Source of the DNA: Dehalococcoidia bacterium
GTDB taxonomy: Bacteria; Chloroflexota; Dehalococcoidia; Lucifugimonadales; JAGWBF01
Assembly: GCA_034423015.1 (NCBI GenBank)
Contig: DAOUJG010000053.1
Span: 68,565-132,564, forward strand
Direction of reading: 5' to 3'
Length of the DNA: 64,000 bases
In this document: positions 48,275 through 56,650 of the stretch, in pieces
How the letters are laid out: every line of letters begins with the position of its first letter
How positions within the stretch are numbered: position 1 is the first letter of the stretch
Position numbers and translations under genes: made by a program
The notes under the pieces: generated by a model
Database searches by the model: none
Told to the model about the DNA's origin: nothing
What the model saw: only the letters and a program-made list of their open reading frames with translations

Positions 48275-49975
48275 TTAGGTGGGGACCCCGGGCACGTGCT
48301 CGGGCTCCTCGATCAGCTCCGCCAGGCTCTGGCCCGCCGGTATCATCGGGTAGACGTTCTCCTCGGGCTCCACCATGAAGTCCACCACGACGGGCCCGGG
48401 CTCCTGCATGGCCCACTCGATGGCCGCCGGCACCTGTACCTTGTCGGTGACTCGCATGCCCGCTACGCCGTATGCCTCGGCCAGCTTCACGAAGTCCGGG
48501 TTCCGGCTGTAGGAGGTGGCGGTGTACTGCTTGTCGTAGAAGAAGTCCTGCCACTGGCGGACCATGCCCAGGTAGTTGTTGTTGATGATGGCGAACTTCA
48601 CCGCGATGTTGTTCTCCACGGCGGTGGCCAGGTCGCACAGGGTCATCTGGAAGCCGCCGTCGCCGGCGATGGACCAGACGTGCTTGTCGGGCTTTCCGAC
48701 CTTGGCGCCCAGGGCCGCGGGGACCTCGAAGCCCATGGCCCCCAGGCCGCCCGAGGTCACCAGATGGTTGGACTCCTTGAACGCGTAGTGCTGGGCGGCC
48801 CACATCTGGTGCTGCCCCACTCCCGTGACTATGATGGCCCGGCCGTCGGTGATCTCCGACAGGGTCTTCAGGATGTACTGGGGCAGGAGCTGGTCCGTCT
48901 CCCTTATCTTGTGGGAGGGGTGCCGCATCCGCAGCTCCTCGATGCGCTGGACCCACTCCGGGTGGACGGCGGAGGGCACGCTGGGCAGGAGCGCTTGCAG
49001 GATCCTCTTGAGGTCCCCCACGATGGGCACGGTGGCCCGGACGTTCTTGCTTATCTCAGACGGGTCCACGTCCACGTGGATGACCTTGGCGTTGGGGGCG
49101 AAGGCGCTGAGCCGGCCGGTCACCCTGTCGTCGAAGCGCATCCCCAGGGAGATGAGCAGGTCCGCCTCGTCTATCGCCTTGCTGGCGTAGGTCATCCCGT
49201 GCATGCCCGGCATGCCCACGTTCAGGAAGTGGTCCATTGGGAAGGAGCTGATGCCCAGCAACGTGGTGATGACCGGTATCTGGGCTTTCTCGGCCAGCTC
49301 CCGGACCTCGTCGTAAGCCCTGGAGATGATGATGCCGTGGCCCGAGAGGATGATGGGCCTCTCGGCCTGGGCTATGAGCCGGGCCGCCTTCTGTATCTGG
49401 GCGGGGTGCCCGTCCAGGGTGGGCTTGTAGCCCGGCAGGTCCACCGACTCCGGGTAGCTGAACTCGGCCCGGTCGTCCTGCAGGACGTCCTTGGGGATGT
49501 CCACGAGGACGGGGCCTGGGCGGCCGGTGTTGGCTATGTGGAAGGCCTCCTTTATCGCGCCGGGGATCTCGGAGGCGTCCATGATGAGATAGTTGTGCTT
49601 GGTGACGGGCAGGGTAATCCCGGAGATGTCCGTCTCCTGGAAGGCGTCTCGGCCTATGGCGCCCCTTGGCACCTGCCCGGTGATGGCCACGATGGGGATG
49701 GAGTCCATCTGGGCGCAGGCTATTCCCGTCACCAGGTTGGTGGCCCCGGGACCGGAGGTGGCGATGCACACGCCCACCTTTCCGGTAACCCGGGCGTAAC
49801 CGTCCGCGGCCATGGCGGCGGCCTGTTCGTGCCGCACCAGTATGTGACGGAGCTGGGGGTACTCCGGGAGTGCGCCGTAAAGGGGGAGCACCGCGCCTCC
49901 GGGCAGCCCGAAGGCCACGTCGACGCCCTCCTTGAGGAGACTTTCGCAAACCAGCTGTGCGCCTGTCAGTTTCAT
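48275..49975 (-). CDS. ilvB: acetolactate synthase large subunit
   Basis: ThDP motif GGLGAMGFEVPAALGA...GDGGFQM. ATG 49973-49975 (MKLTGAQ) is preferred over the track start GTG 49984 because AGGTG sits 6 nt upstream. Confidence 0.95.
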   Translation of the reverse strand: MKLTGAQLVCESLLKEGVDVAFGLPGGAVLPLYGALPEYPQLRHILVRHEQAAAMAADGYARVTGKVGVCIATSGPGATNLVTGIACAQMDSIPIVAITGQVPRGAIGRDAFQETDISGITLPVTKHNYLIMDASEIPGAIKEAFHIANTGRPGPVLVDIPKDVLQDDRAEFSYPESVDLPGYKPTLDGHPAQIQKAARLIAQAERPIILSGHGIIISRAYDEVRELAEKAQIPVITTLLGISSFPMDHFLNVGMPGMHGMTYASKAIDEADLLISLGMRFDDRVTGRLSAFAPNAKVIHVDVDPSEISKNVRATVPIVGDLKRILQALLPSVPSAVHPEWVQRIEELRMRHPSHKIRETDQLLPQYILKTLSEITDGRAIIVTGVGQHQMWAAQHYAFKESNHLVTSGGLGAMGFEVPAALGAKVGKPDKHVWSIAGDGGFQMTLCDLATAVENNIAVKFAIINNNYLGMVRQWQDFFYDKQYTATSYSRNPDFVKLAEAYGVAGMRVTDKVQVPAAIEWAMQEPGPVVVDFMVEPEENVYPMIPAGQSLAELIEEPEHVPGVPT

Positions 49976-49999
49976 GCCGTTCACCTGCCGGGAGACATC

Positions 50000-50225
50000 A
50001 AAAAAACCCGTCCCCTCAAGGGACGGGCTGTTCCCGCGGTACCACCCTTCTTCTCCGGCCGTTCCGGAGCTCCTCTGGGACCTTAACGGTGCCCTGCCGG
50101 CCCTCCCTACTGGGCGTTCAGGAGGGCTGCTCGGGGGCGAGTTCGGGGCTCTTCCGCCGCCGGTTTCTCAGCATGCAACCGGCTCTCTTGGACGGGGACA
50201 TCCCCTACTACTCCCCTTCATAGCG
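50000..50225 (-). promoter_or_regulatory. T-box leader (tRNA-sensing riboswitch) of the ilv-leu operon, probable Leu (CUC) specifier
   Basis: The mRNA contains the exact T-box core AGGGUGGUACCGCG (50035-50047), the terminator CCCGUCCC-uuga-GGGGACGGG plus U7 (50000-50027), an AAGAGA bulge with the distal hairpin GCCGGUU/AACCGGC, and an internal loop AGUAGUA / GAA-CUC-G (CUC at 50139-50141). Confidence 0.85.
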
Positions 50226-50247
50226 TCAATATGAATCTCGGTAGGGA

Positions 50248-50277
50248 ATTTTAAGCTAAACGCCATGTGGTTGTCAA
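50248..50277 (-). promoter_or_regulatory. sigma70-type promoter of the ilv-leu leader
   Basis: On the minus strand, TTGACA (50277-50272), 18 nt, then TAAAAT (50253-50248). Confidence 0.6.
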
Positions 50278-50339
50278 CATGATGCTGTTGAGATAGTAGG
50301 GATCGCATTAAGTATTGAGTCTTGTGCCGGTTGGCCCGC

Positions 50340-50684
50340 CTAGGGAACGCTTACGACTGTCCAACTCCCGTCGTCGTTCTGGGTGGTAGCGAAGCCGTCG
50401 TTGTCGAAGAAGGGGGCGTCGACACACGTCTCGCTGGACGTAGAGAACGTGCTGCCTTTCTTGACCAAATAGCACCCGCCGCCGTCTCGTTTCACCCAGA
50501 AGGTATCGTTGGCGTCGGTCTGCGCGACCGTACAGCCCTCTCCTACCTGCAATGTCGTACCCGCTTGACAGTCGCCAATGACCGAGTCGGGCCCGCCTCC
50601 GCTGGGGCCGAATGTCCAGTCGCTGGAGCAAGCGACAGTAAGGAGGAGGGCGGCCAGGGCGAACAATGCAATCCTGCGGGTCAT
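50340..50684 (-). CDS. small Cys-containing lipoprotein, function unknown
   Basis: ATG 50682-50684. It has a signal peptide with lipobox LTVAC, four further Cys residues, and lower GC than its neighbours. Confidence 0.55.
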   Translation of the reverse strand: MTRRIALFALAALLLTVACSSDWTFGPSGGGPDSVIGDCQAGTTLQVGEGCTVAQTDANDTFWVKRDGGGCYLVKKGSTFSTSSETCVDAPFFDNDGFATTQNDDGSWTVVSVP

Positions 50685-50709
50685 GACGGGATTGTGCTTG
50701 GCCGGAGGG

Positions 50710-51882
50710 TCATATAACCACGGCGTCGTCAATGGAGGGCCAGCTAAGCTCGAATAGCTGGTCGAAGGCCAGGGCCCAGGGGGGCCTCAGGTATCCCAAC
50801 GCCCGCACGTCCTCGAACCAGGTGCTCAGCGGCGAGTACCAGGTGTACGAGGACCCGCCCGACAGCTTGCAGAGGCGAGTCAACACCGACTCCGACAGGG
50901 TCGCGATGCTCTCCTTGGCCAGCAGCGTGTTGTACAGCGTCTGGGTACCGTTGTCGAACTCGGTCAGGGCGGCTTCGAACGCCTTGTCCACCAGCCACGC
51001 CTCCTGCTCGGCGTGGCTCCACTCCACCCGCTGGTACGCCCGCAGCGCGGAGCCCCGGGCCATCTCACGGGAAAGCCTCTCCCGGACGAACTCCATGGCC
51101 GTGTCCACCACGCCGACGACCACGGAGGTGAACATCATCTGCCCCAGGGGTCCGGCGGCCTGCTGCAGCTCCATCGCGTGGCCCGGCCAGGCCGACCGCA
51201 CCACCGGGAAGTCCGTGAACTCGAAGGCGTGGCTGTTGGTGGACATCATCCCGCGCCCCGCCCACGGCTCCGTCAGCCTCATGCCCGTGGTGCCGTCCCA
51301 CGGCGTGTTCCGCACGTCCATGTAGAACAGGTCGGCCAGAGTGTCTCCCTCGGCCAGGGCCCGGGTTGTCATGAACGACGTGATGCCCGAGCCGCTCCCG
51401 AAGTGCTTCCGCCCGCTCAGGCGGTACTTGTGGGGCTCTCCGGTGGGCCGCACCGCCGAGCGGGTCCTGGCCACGTCGCCGCCGCTCCCGGGCTCGGACA
51501 CGATGGTGCCCCACCAAGCCCCGTCCAGGACCGTATCGAACACCTCCCTGCGCTGCCGTGTCCACTCCTCCATGTACGAGTCCGGCACCTGGGGCACCCT
51601 CCACGAGGCCAGCACGCCGGGGTGCATGGCGCTGACCAGAGAGACCGAGGGGTCGCCGTGGGCCAGTATCCTGAGGGAGGTGCAGATGGGCCGGGCCGAC
51701 TGGGCCAGGCTCTCCCACGTGCCCCCAAGCTCGGCCGGCACCGACATCAGGTGCACGCCCAGGTCCAGGAGCCTGTCGAAGTCCTCCTTGCGGGCCTCCC
51801 TGCGAGACTGGCGCTCCTGCCTCTCGGAGGCGAACTCACGGGCCAGGGCCGGCGCCGCCTCCAGGATCGATTGTATGCTCAT
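50710..51882 (-). CDS. acyl-CoA dehydrogenase-fold flavoprotein (ACAD type 2 / sulfur-related oxidoreductase-like)
   Basis: ATG 51880-51882 overlaps the rhodanese gene stop by 4 nt. The N-terminal DFDRLLDLGVHLMSVPAELGG, the central EPGSGGD...K.F.SGSG and the C-terminal helical domain are colinear with the ACAD fold. Confidence 0.75.
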   Translation of the reverse strand: MSIQSILEAAPALAREFASERQERQSRREARKEDFDRLLDLGVHLMSVPAELGGTWESLAQSARPICTSLRILAHGDPSVSLVSAMHPGVLASWRVPQVPDSYMEEWTRQRREVFDTVLDGAWWGTIVSEPGSGGDVARTRSAVRPTGEPHKYRLSGRKHFGSGSGITSFMTTRALAEGDTLADLFYMDVRNTPWDGTTGMRLTEPWAGRGMMSTNSHAFEFTDFPVVRSAWPGHAMELQQAAGPLGQMMFTSVVVGVVDTAMEFVRERLSREMARGSALRAYQRVEWSHAEQEAWLVDKAFEAALTEFDNGTQTLYNTLLAKESIATLSESVLTRLCKLSGGSSYTWYSPLSTWFEDVRALGYLRPPWALAFDQLFELSWPSIDDAVVI

Positions 51883-53462
51883 TGGACCACCTGATACTTT
51901 CGTCCCAGCTCCTCTTCCCAGCGGAGGTAGTGCATCATGTCGGCGTAGCCCCGGTCGGGGCCCGTGGGCACCACGTCGTTGGGAGGCGCCATCACGCCGG
52001 TGAGGCCCCTCTCCACTGCGAACCCTGCCGCCGTCCACGCGGCCAGGCCTCCGTCCAGCGCCCGCACGTCCCGGTAGCCCATGCCGGCCAGGGTCGCGGC
52101 GGCCAGGCAGGAGGCGACGCCGTCGGAGCAGGTGACTGCCAGCGGGGCACCCTTGTTGGGGGCCACGTCCCCTGCTTGAATCTCCAGCCAGCCCCTGGGG
52201 ACCCAGGTCGACCCCGGCACGTGGCCGGCGGCGAACTCCCGGCTGGTATCCACGAATATGACGGTCCGTTCCGCGTCGTCCTTCAGCTCGGAGGCGCCGG
52301 CCAGACGGACCGTCCTGCGCGCGTCCTCGAGGCCGAAGGGAGGCCGGTCGGGGATGCCCGTCTCCAGGGGAAGCCCGGCCGCGCTCCAGGCGGCCGTCCC
52401 TCCCCGCAGGGCGTGGACGTTGGGATAGCCCATCTGCAGGTACCAGGAGGCAGTCACGGTGGACCGGGCCACCCCGTCACAGGCGAAAACGATGACGCCG
52501 TCCCTGACTCCCACCAGGTCGTCGCTGCGCTGGACCGCCTGTCCCCCGGGGAACCATCGGAAGCCGGGAATGTGCCCGGCCCGGTACTCCTCCATCGTGC
52601 GCACGTCTACCAGGTAGACCGGTCCCTCTTGGGCCTTGGCCATCAGACTCTGGAGCTGCGGGGCGTCGACGTACCTGACCCCGTCCTCCGCGGCCAACCG
52701 GGCCGCGTACTCTTCGGCCGCCGCAAGGCCCTCCCGGGAGGGAGGCGGAAGCCGGACGCGGTCGGCGCCCGTCTCCAGCTCCAGCCCCGCCAGCACCCAG
52801 CCCGAGGTGCCGTTCTTCAGGCCGTATACGTTGGCAAGGCCCATTCGTTGAAGGGCCCGCGTGCCGATGATGCTCCGGGTGCGGCCGGCGCAGTTGACCA
52901 CCACCGTCGTGCCTTCGCCGGCTTCCCTCACGATGTCGGTCACCCGGAGGGCCAGCTCTCCTCCCGGCACGCTGCGGCCGCCGGGTATGCAGAAGCGCGC
53001 GTACTCCTGGGGGGTGCGGGTGTCCAGGATGACCAGCCGCTCCCCGCGCTGCACCCTGGCATGGAGGTCGTCGGCCTCCATCTCGGGCACCTGGTGGACC
53101 ACCTCGACCCGCTCCCCGAAGTCCTTGCTGGGGACGTTCATACCCCACTCGGTGGGGTAGCCGTCGGTGGTCCAGCGGTTGACTCCACCCTCCAGCACCG
53201 AGACGTTCCCGTATCCCATCCGCTCCAGAGTCGACGCCGCCAGCCGGGCCCTCCGGCCGTCGTCGTCGCACACCACCACATGGGCCCCGGGGAAGGGCAC
53301 CAGGTGACCCATCTCAAACTCCAGTAGCCGTCTGGGCAGTGAGGAGAAGCCCGCGATGTGGCTGCTGTTGAACTCGCCGTGCTCCCGCACGTCGACGAGG
53401 GCAACGCCGGCCCCCGAGTCCAGCAGGTCGTTAAGGCCCTTTGACGAGATGCTCGAAGCCAT
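51879..53462 (-). CDS. four-domain rhodanese-like sulfurtransferase
   Basis: Four repeats each carry an active-site loop Cys: VVVCDDDGRRA, VVNCAGRTRS, VFACDGVARS and AVTCSDGVAS. Confidence 0.85.
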   Translation of the reverse strand: MASSISSKGLNDLLDSGAGVALVDVREHGEFNSSHIAGFSSLPRRLLEFEMGHLVPFPGAHVVVCDDDGRRARLAASTLERMGYGNVSVLEGGVNRWTTDGYPTEWGMNVPSKDFGERVEVVHQVPEMEADDLHARVQRGERLVILDTRTPQEYARFCIPGGRSVPGGELALRVTDIVREAGEGTTVVVNCAGRTRSIIGTRALQRMGLANVYGLKNGTSGWVLAGLELETGADRVRLPPPSREGLAAAEEYAARLAAEDGVRYVDAPQLQSLMAKAQEGPVYLVDVRTMEEYRAGHIPGFRWFPGGQAVQRSDDLVGVRDGVIVFACDGVARSTVTASWYLQMGYPNVHALRGGTAAWSAAGLPLETGIPDRPPFGLEDARRTVRLAGASELKDDAERTVIFVDTSREFAAGHVPGSTWVPRGWLEIQAGDVAPNKGAPLAVTCSDGVASCLAAATLAGMGYRDVRALDGGLAAWTAAGFAVERGLTGVMAPPNDVVPTGPDRGYADMMHYLRWEEELGRKYQVVQ

Positions 53463-53483
53463 CGGCGTTGGGTGCCGGGCCGC

Positions 53484-54068
53484 CTATTCGTTGTCCCATT
53501 TCCTGGTGACGAAAGAGGTGACCTCCCCCGTCTCCAGGTTGTAGCGGCACCGGTCCAGCCCCTTCAGGTCCTTGCCGTATACGTGTATCTCGACCGTGGG
53601 GCGGTCCGTGTGGTTGTCCATCTGGTGAATCTCGTCCACCGTGGGTATCAGCAGGGATATCTCCCCTGGGACCAGGGTCGCCTCCCTGTCCCTCTCCAGG
53701 GTGGCGTGCAGCGGGTCCTCCCGGTCGTCCGTCCGCCGGAACCGGGTCTCGCTGAGGGCGTTGTCCATGACGCCGATCATGCCCCAGGTGCGGTGGTCGT
53801 GGGGCGCGGCGTGGTCCCCCGGGCCCCATACCACCGCGGTGACCAGGAGCCCGCTTTCGCCCCGGTAGAGCAGATAGGAGCCGTGGTTGCCGCGGGGCCC
53901 CGTGCCCGACGGCACCCTGTACTCGGCGGGCAGCGCCCCGGGGTTGGCGATGAGCCGTTCCAGGTAAGCCGACCCCCGGTCGAATATCTTGGCCTGATCG
54001 GGCTGGCTGCGTAGGACGTCCTCCATGTCGTGGGCGAACTCCTGCAGTCCGTAGCTGGACGTTGCCAT
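53484..54068 (-). CDS. cysteine-dioxygenase-like cupin (thiol dioxygenase family)
   Basis: ATG 54066-54068. The metal-ligand pattern is PHDH...(~50 aa)...IHQMDN in a cupin-sized 194-aa protein. Confidence 0.75.
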   Translation of the reverse strand: MATSSYGLQEFAHDMEDVLRSQPDQAKIFDRGSAYLERLIANPGALPAEYRVPSGTGPRGNHGSYLLYRGESGLLVTAVVWGPGDHAAPHDHRTWGMIGVMDNALSETRFRRTDDREDPLHATLERDREATLVPGEISLLIPTVDEIHQMDNHTDRPTVEIHVYGKDLKGLDRCRYNLETGEVTSFVTRKWDNE

Positions 54069-54139
54069 GGTCCCACCTCCCGTCGGCGTGGCTGGTAGGT
54101 ACAGATTATACTCTTCTCGGGGTGCGGCGGGGAAGATGG

Positions 54140-55474
54140 TCATGGGGCAGGGGAGGACCGGGCCGCCGGCGGCAGGGCCTGCTCCCAGTCGGGCATCAGG
54201 AACCGGGATGTGGTGGGCAGGAGCAGGATGGACAGGACGCCCAGCAGGCTGGTGGCGAAGGAAAGGGCGACGATGCCCTCGTAGCCCGTCAGGTCCCAGA
54301 TCACGCCTCCGCCCCAGGCGCCGGCGGCCATCCCGAGGCCCGACCCCAGCATCTGCCAGCCGTAGGCGGTGCCGATGGGCGCGTTGCCGAAGTACTGGCG
54401 GTTGATTATGGGGAAGGCGCTCATCTCCCCCCCGAAGCCCACGCCGTAGACGACGGCGAACAGGTAGAAGAACCAGGCGTCGTGGGCCACGAACAGCATC
54501 AGCACAGGGGCGGTCTGCAGGAAGAAGCAGAGCCCCATGACTCCCTTGCTGCCCGTGCGGTCGGCCACGATGGGGACGACGAACCGGGTGGTGGTGCTCA
54601 CGGCGAAGAGGGTGGCCACGAGGCCGGCTGCCACCCCTTCGGCGACGCCCCGCTCGATGGCCATGGCCACCAGGAACACCAGCACGATGTTGTGGGCCAC
54701 GCACCCCCAGAAATGGATGCCGATGAGGTTCCAGAAGGCGTTCTTGCGCTGGGCCTGCCGCAGAAACACCTTGGTCCTGGTCTTGGCCACGTCTCCCTGG
54801 TAGACCCGCCGGATGGGCTGGTCCTCCGAGGCGCCCAGGGGCCTGAGGCCCAGCTCCCCGGGCTCGTTGTGGAACCTGCTGATCACGGCCAGCAGCAGCG
54901 CCCCGCCGGCTATGCCCGGGCCCCAGAAGGTCCAGGGCAGACCCAGGCGGTCCAGGAGCACCACCACCAGGGGAATGGCGATGACCGTGCCCAGCCCCTG
55001 GGAGGCCTGGAGGGCCCCCAGGCCCACGCCGAGGTTCTTGTCGAACCAGCTGGATACGGCGGCCATGAGGGGCACGCCGAATATGGCCATCGACCCGCTG
55101 AGGATTACGCCGAAGTAGAGGTAGAACTGCCACAGGTGCTCCATGGTGCCGGTGAGCATCATGCCGCAGACGAACAGGAGGGCGCCCAGCAGCATGGTGC
55201 GCCGAATGCCGTACCGGTCCCCAAGCCAGCCCGCCACCGGTCCGAAGAGCCCGGAGAATATCCACTGCAGGGAGAAGGCCAGCCCGATGGCGCCGTAGCT
55301 CCAGCCGAACCCCCGCTGGGCGTCCGCCAGGAAGGGAACGAACACGCTGGCGGCCATGCGCACGGCGGAGCTGGTGAGGCGCAGCAGCACAGCCATCCCC
55401 ACGATGACCCACGCGTAGTGGACCCGGCGCCCGGCCAGGGTGAAGCTGGAGGGACTCAAGTCGAACAGCGGCAT
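54140..55474 (-). CDS. MFS transporter
   Basis: 444 aa with about 12 hydrophobic segments and the MFS loop motif GWLGDRYGIRR. Confidence 0.9.
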   Translation of the reverse strand: MPLFDLSPSSFTLAGRRVHYAWVIVGMAVLLRLTSSAVRMAASVFVPFLADAQRGFGWSYGAIGLAFSLQWIFSGLFGPVAGWLGDRYGIRRTMLLGALLFVCGMMLTGTMEHLWQFYLYFGVILSGSMAIFGVPLMAAVSSWFDKNLGVGLGALQASQGLGTVIAIPLVVVLLDRLGLPWTFWGPGIAGGALLLAVISRFHNEPGELGLRPLGASEDQPIRRVYQGDVAKTRTKVFLRQAQRKNAFWNLIGIHFWGCVAHNIVLVFLVAMAIERGVAEGVAAGLVATLFAVSTTTRFVVPIVADRTGSKGVMGLCFFLQTAPVLMLFVAHDAWFFYLFAVVYGVGFGGEMSAFPIINRQYFGNAPIGTAYGWQMLGSGLGMAAGAWGGGVIWDLTGYEGIVALSFATSLLGVLSILLLPTTSRFLMPDWEQALPPAARSSPAP

Positions 55475-55498
55475 GCTCTATTCCTTGGGAGTACGGCA

Positions 55499-55507
55499 CC
55501 CATTGTA
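55499..55507 (-). promoter_or_regulatory. -10 element TACAATGGG upstream of the MFS gene
   Basis: The minus strand reads TACAAT plus GGG, 24 nt before ATG 55474. Confidence 0.4.
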
Positions 55508-55601
55508 CACGAACCGGCCGTGCCGGGTGCTGCCGCACACGCGTGGCGTCGTCGCCGGCAGAATGCTAGCATATCGTCAACAGTCTGTTTTGGAGCGGAC
55601 T

Positions 55602-55820
55602 TTGGGGAGCTTACACGTACGACGTTTGGATGATGGAGTGGTCGAACGGCTAAAGCGCCGCGCCGCCGCGAACAATCGTTCCCTGGAGAGCGAGGCCCGG
55701 CACATCCTGGAGCGGGCCTCGGAGGACGGCATGCCGGAGAAGGCCAGGAGATTCGGGGCCCTGGTCAAGAGGTTGCGGAGGGGGACCGGGAGCCGTTCTC
55801 AGACCCCTCCCACGTTCTGA
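55602..55820 (+). CDS. ribbon-helix-helix (FitA/VapB-like) antitoxin
   Basis: A TTG start at 55602 is inferred. SLHVRRLDDGVVERLKRRAAANNRSLESEARHILERA is the typical RHH antitoxin N-terminus. The palindrome ATGCTAGCAT (55563-55572) lies upstream. Confidence 0.6.
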   Translation: MGSLHVRRLDDGVVERLKRRAAANNRSLESEARHILERASEDGMPEKARRFGALVKRLRRGTGSRSQTPPTF

Positions 55821-55854
55821 TCAGGGAAGACCGGGATAGCGGCCACAGCCCTGC

Positions 55855-55929
55855 GTGATGCGCCTGGTCGTGGACGCCGTCGTCGTCAAGTGCCTCGTCG
55901 AAGAGGAATACTCATCCCCCAAGACGGCA
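55855..55929 (+). pseudogene. PIN-domain (VapC-like) toxin remnant, N-terminal ~25 codons only
   Basis: MMRLVVDAVVVKCLVEEEYS resembles a VapC N-terminus with its first acidic residue. The similarity is lost after about 25 codons, at the hairpin. Confidence 0.3.
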
Positions 55930-55955
55930 CATGGCGCCCCGATTGGGGCGCCATG
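55930..55955. terminator. perfect 11-bp hairpin between convergent remnants
   Basis: CATGGCGCCCC-GATT-GGGGCGCCATG. There is no clear U tract on either side. Confidence 0.4.
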
Positions 55956-55989
55956 CTCTCTCAGGTTCAGTTGTGGTCCCGGGGGGGGG

Positions 55990-56505
55990 TCAGTCCGCGG
56001 GAGCGGGGGCGGCATGCTCGTTGGCCGAGCCGTTCCTGGTCCAGGAGTGCTCGTCGGCCTGCCACCTGTAGCCGGCCCCTCGGAGGACCTGCCCGATGGT
56101 CTTGGCGCTGACCTTGGGCGTCCCCTCGGGAGCGTTGCGCAGGGCCTCCTGGAGGCTGGAGAGAGACCAGGCGGGCGACCGGTCGATCTCCCGCTCCACC
56201 TCCCGGAGGATTAGCTGCTTCTCGGCGTCGCCGTACATCCTGTGCCGGCCGGCTCCAGGGAGGGTGTCCAGGGCAGCCATGCCCCGCTCGTGAAACCGCT
56301 GCACCAGGGCGGCTACGCCGCTGCTGCTCCGCATCCTGGCCGTGCGGGCGGCCTGGGTGAACGACTGGCCCTCGTCCACGGCCAGCAATGCCCGGGCCCG
56401 TCGAATCCGTTCCACCCGTTCGACTCCGGACGCGGCTATACGCATCATCTCCGTCTTCTCGGACTCCGTGAGCTTGCGCAGAGGCTGCTTAGGCTGCCTT
56501 CCCAT
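55990..56505 (-). mobile_element. IS630-family transposase fragment (N-terminal HTH domains only)
   Basis: 171 aa. ...RARALLAVDEGQSFTQAARTARMRSSSGVAALVQRFHERG...WSLSSLQEAL...VSAKTIGQVLRGAGYRW is typical of the IS630/Tc1 N-terminus. The DDE catalytic domain is absent. Confidence 0.65.
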
Positions 56506-56650
56506 ATTACTACTGAATCCTCCCTTTACCTACCCGATTTATTCGATTATCGTACACCGTATTTTTGCTTGTCAAGAGATATTTTTCTATACACAACATC
56601 AAAAAACCCGTGCTTCGACTCTCCGAGGGTCTTGTACTAGAATCCATCGT

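Noticed and set aside
54069-55538. Upstream portion of the 684-aa ORF (53484-55538) that seemingly fuses with the cupin gene. Similar long N-terminal extensions occur at 14717-16471, 23572-26142, 31478-33364 and 23120-24406.
   Set aside because: The extensions overlap real genes (MFS, DUF1802, sufD, the permease, sufS) in other frames and are compositionally biased. Internal starts give proteins of canonical length, with SD sequences or 4-nt start/stop overlaps.
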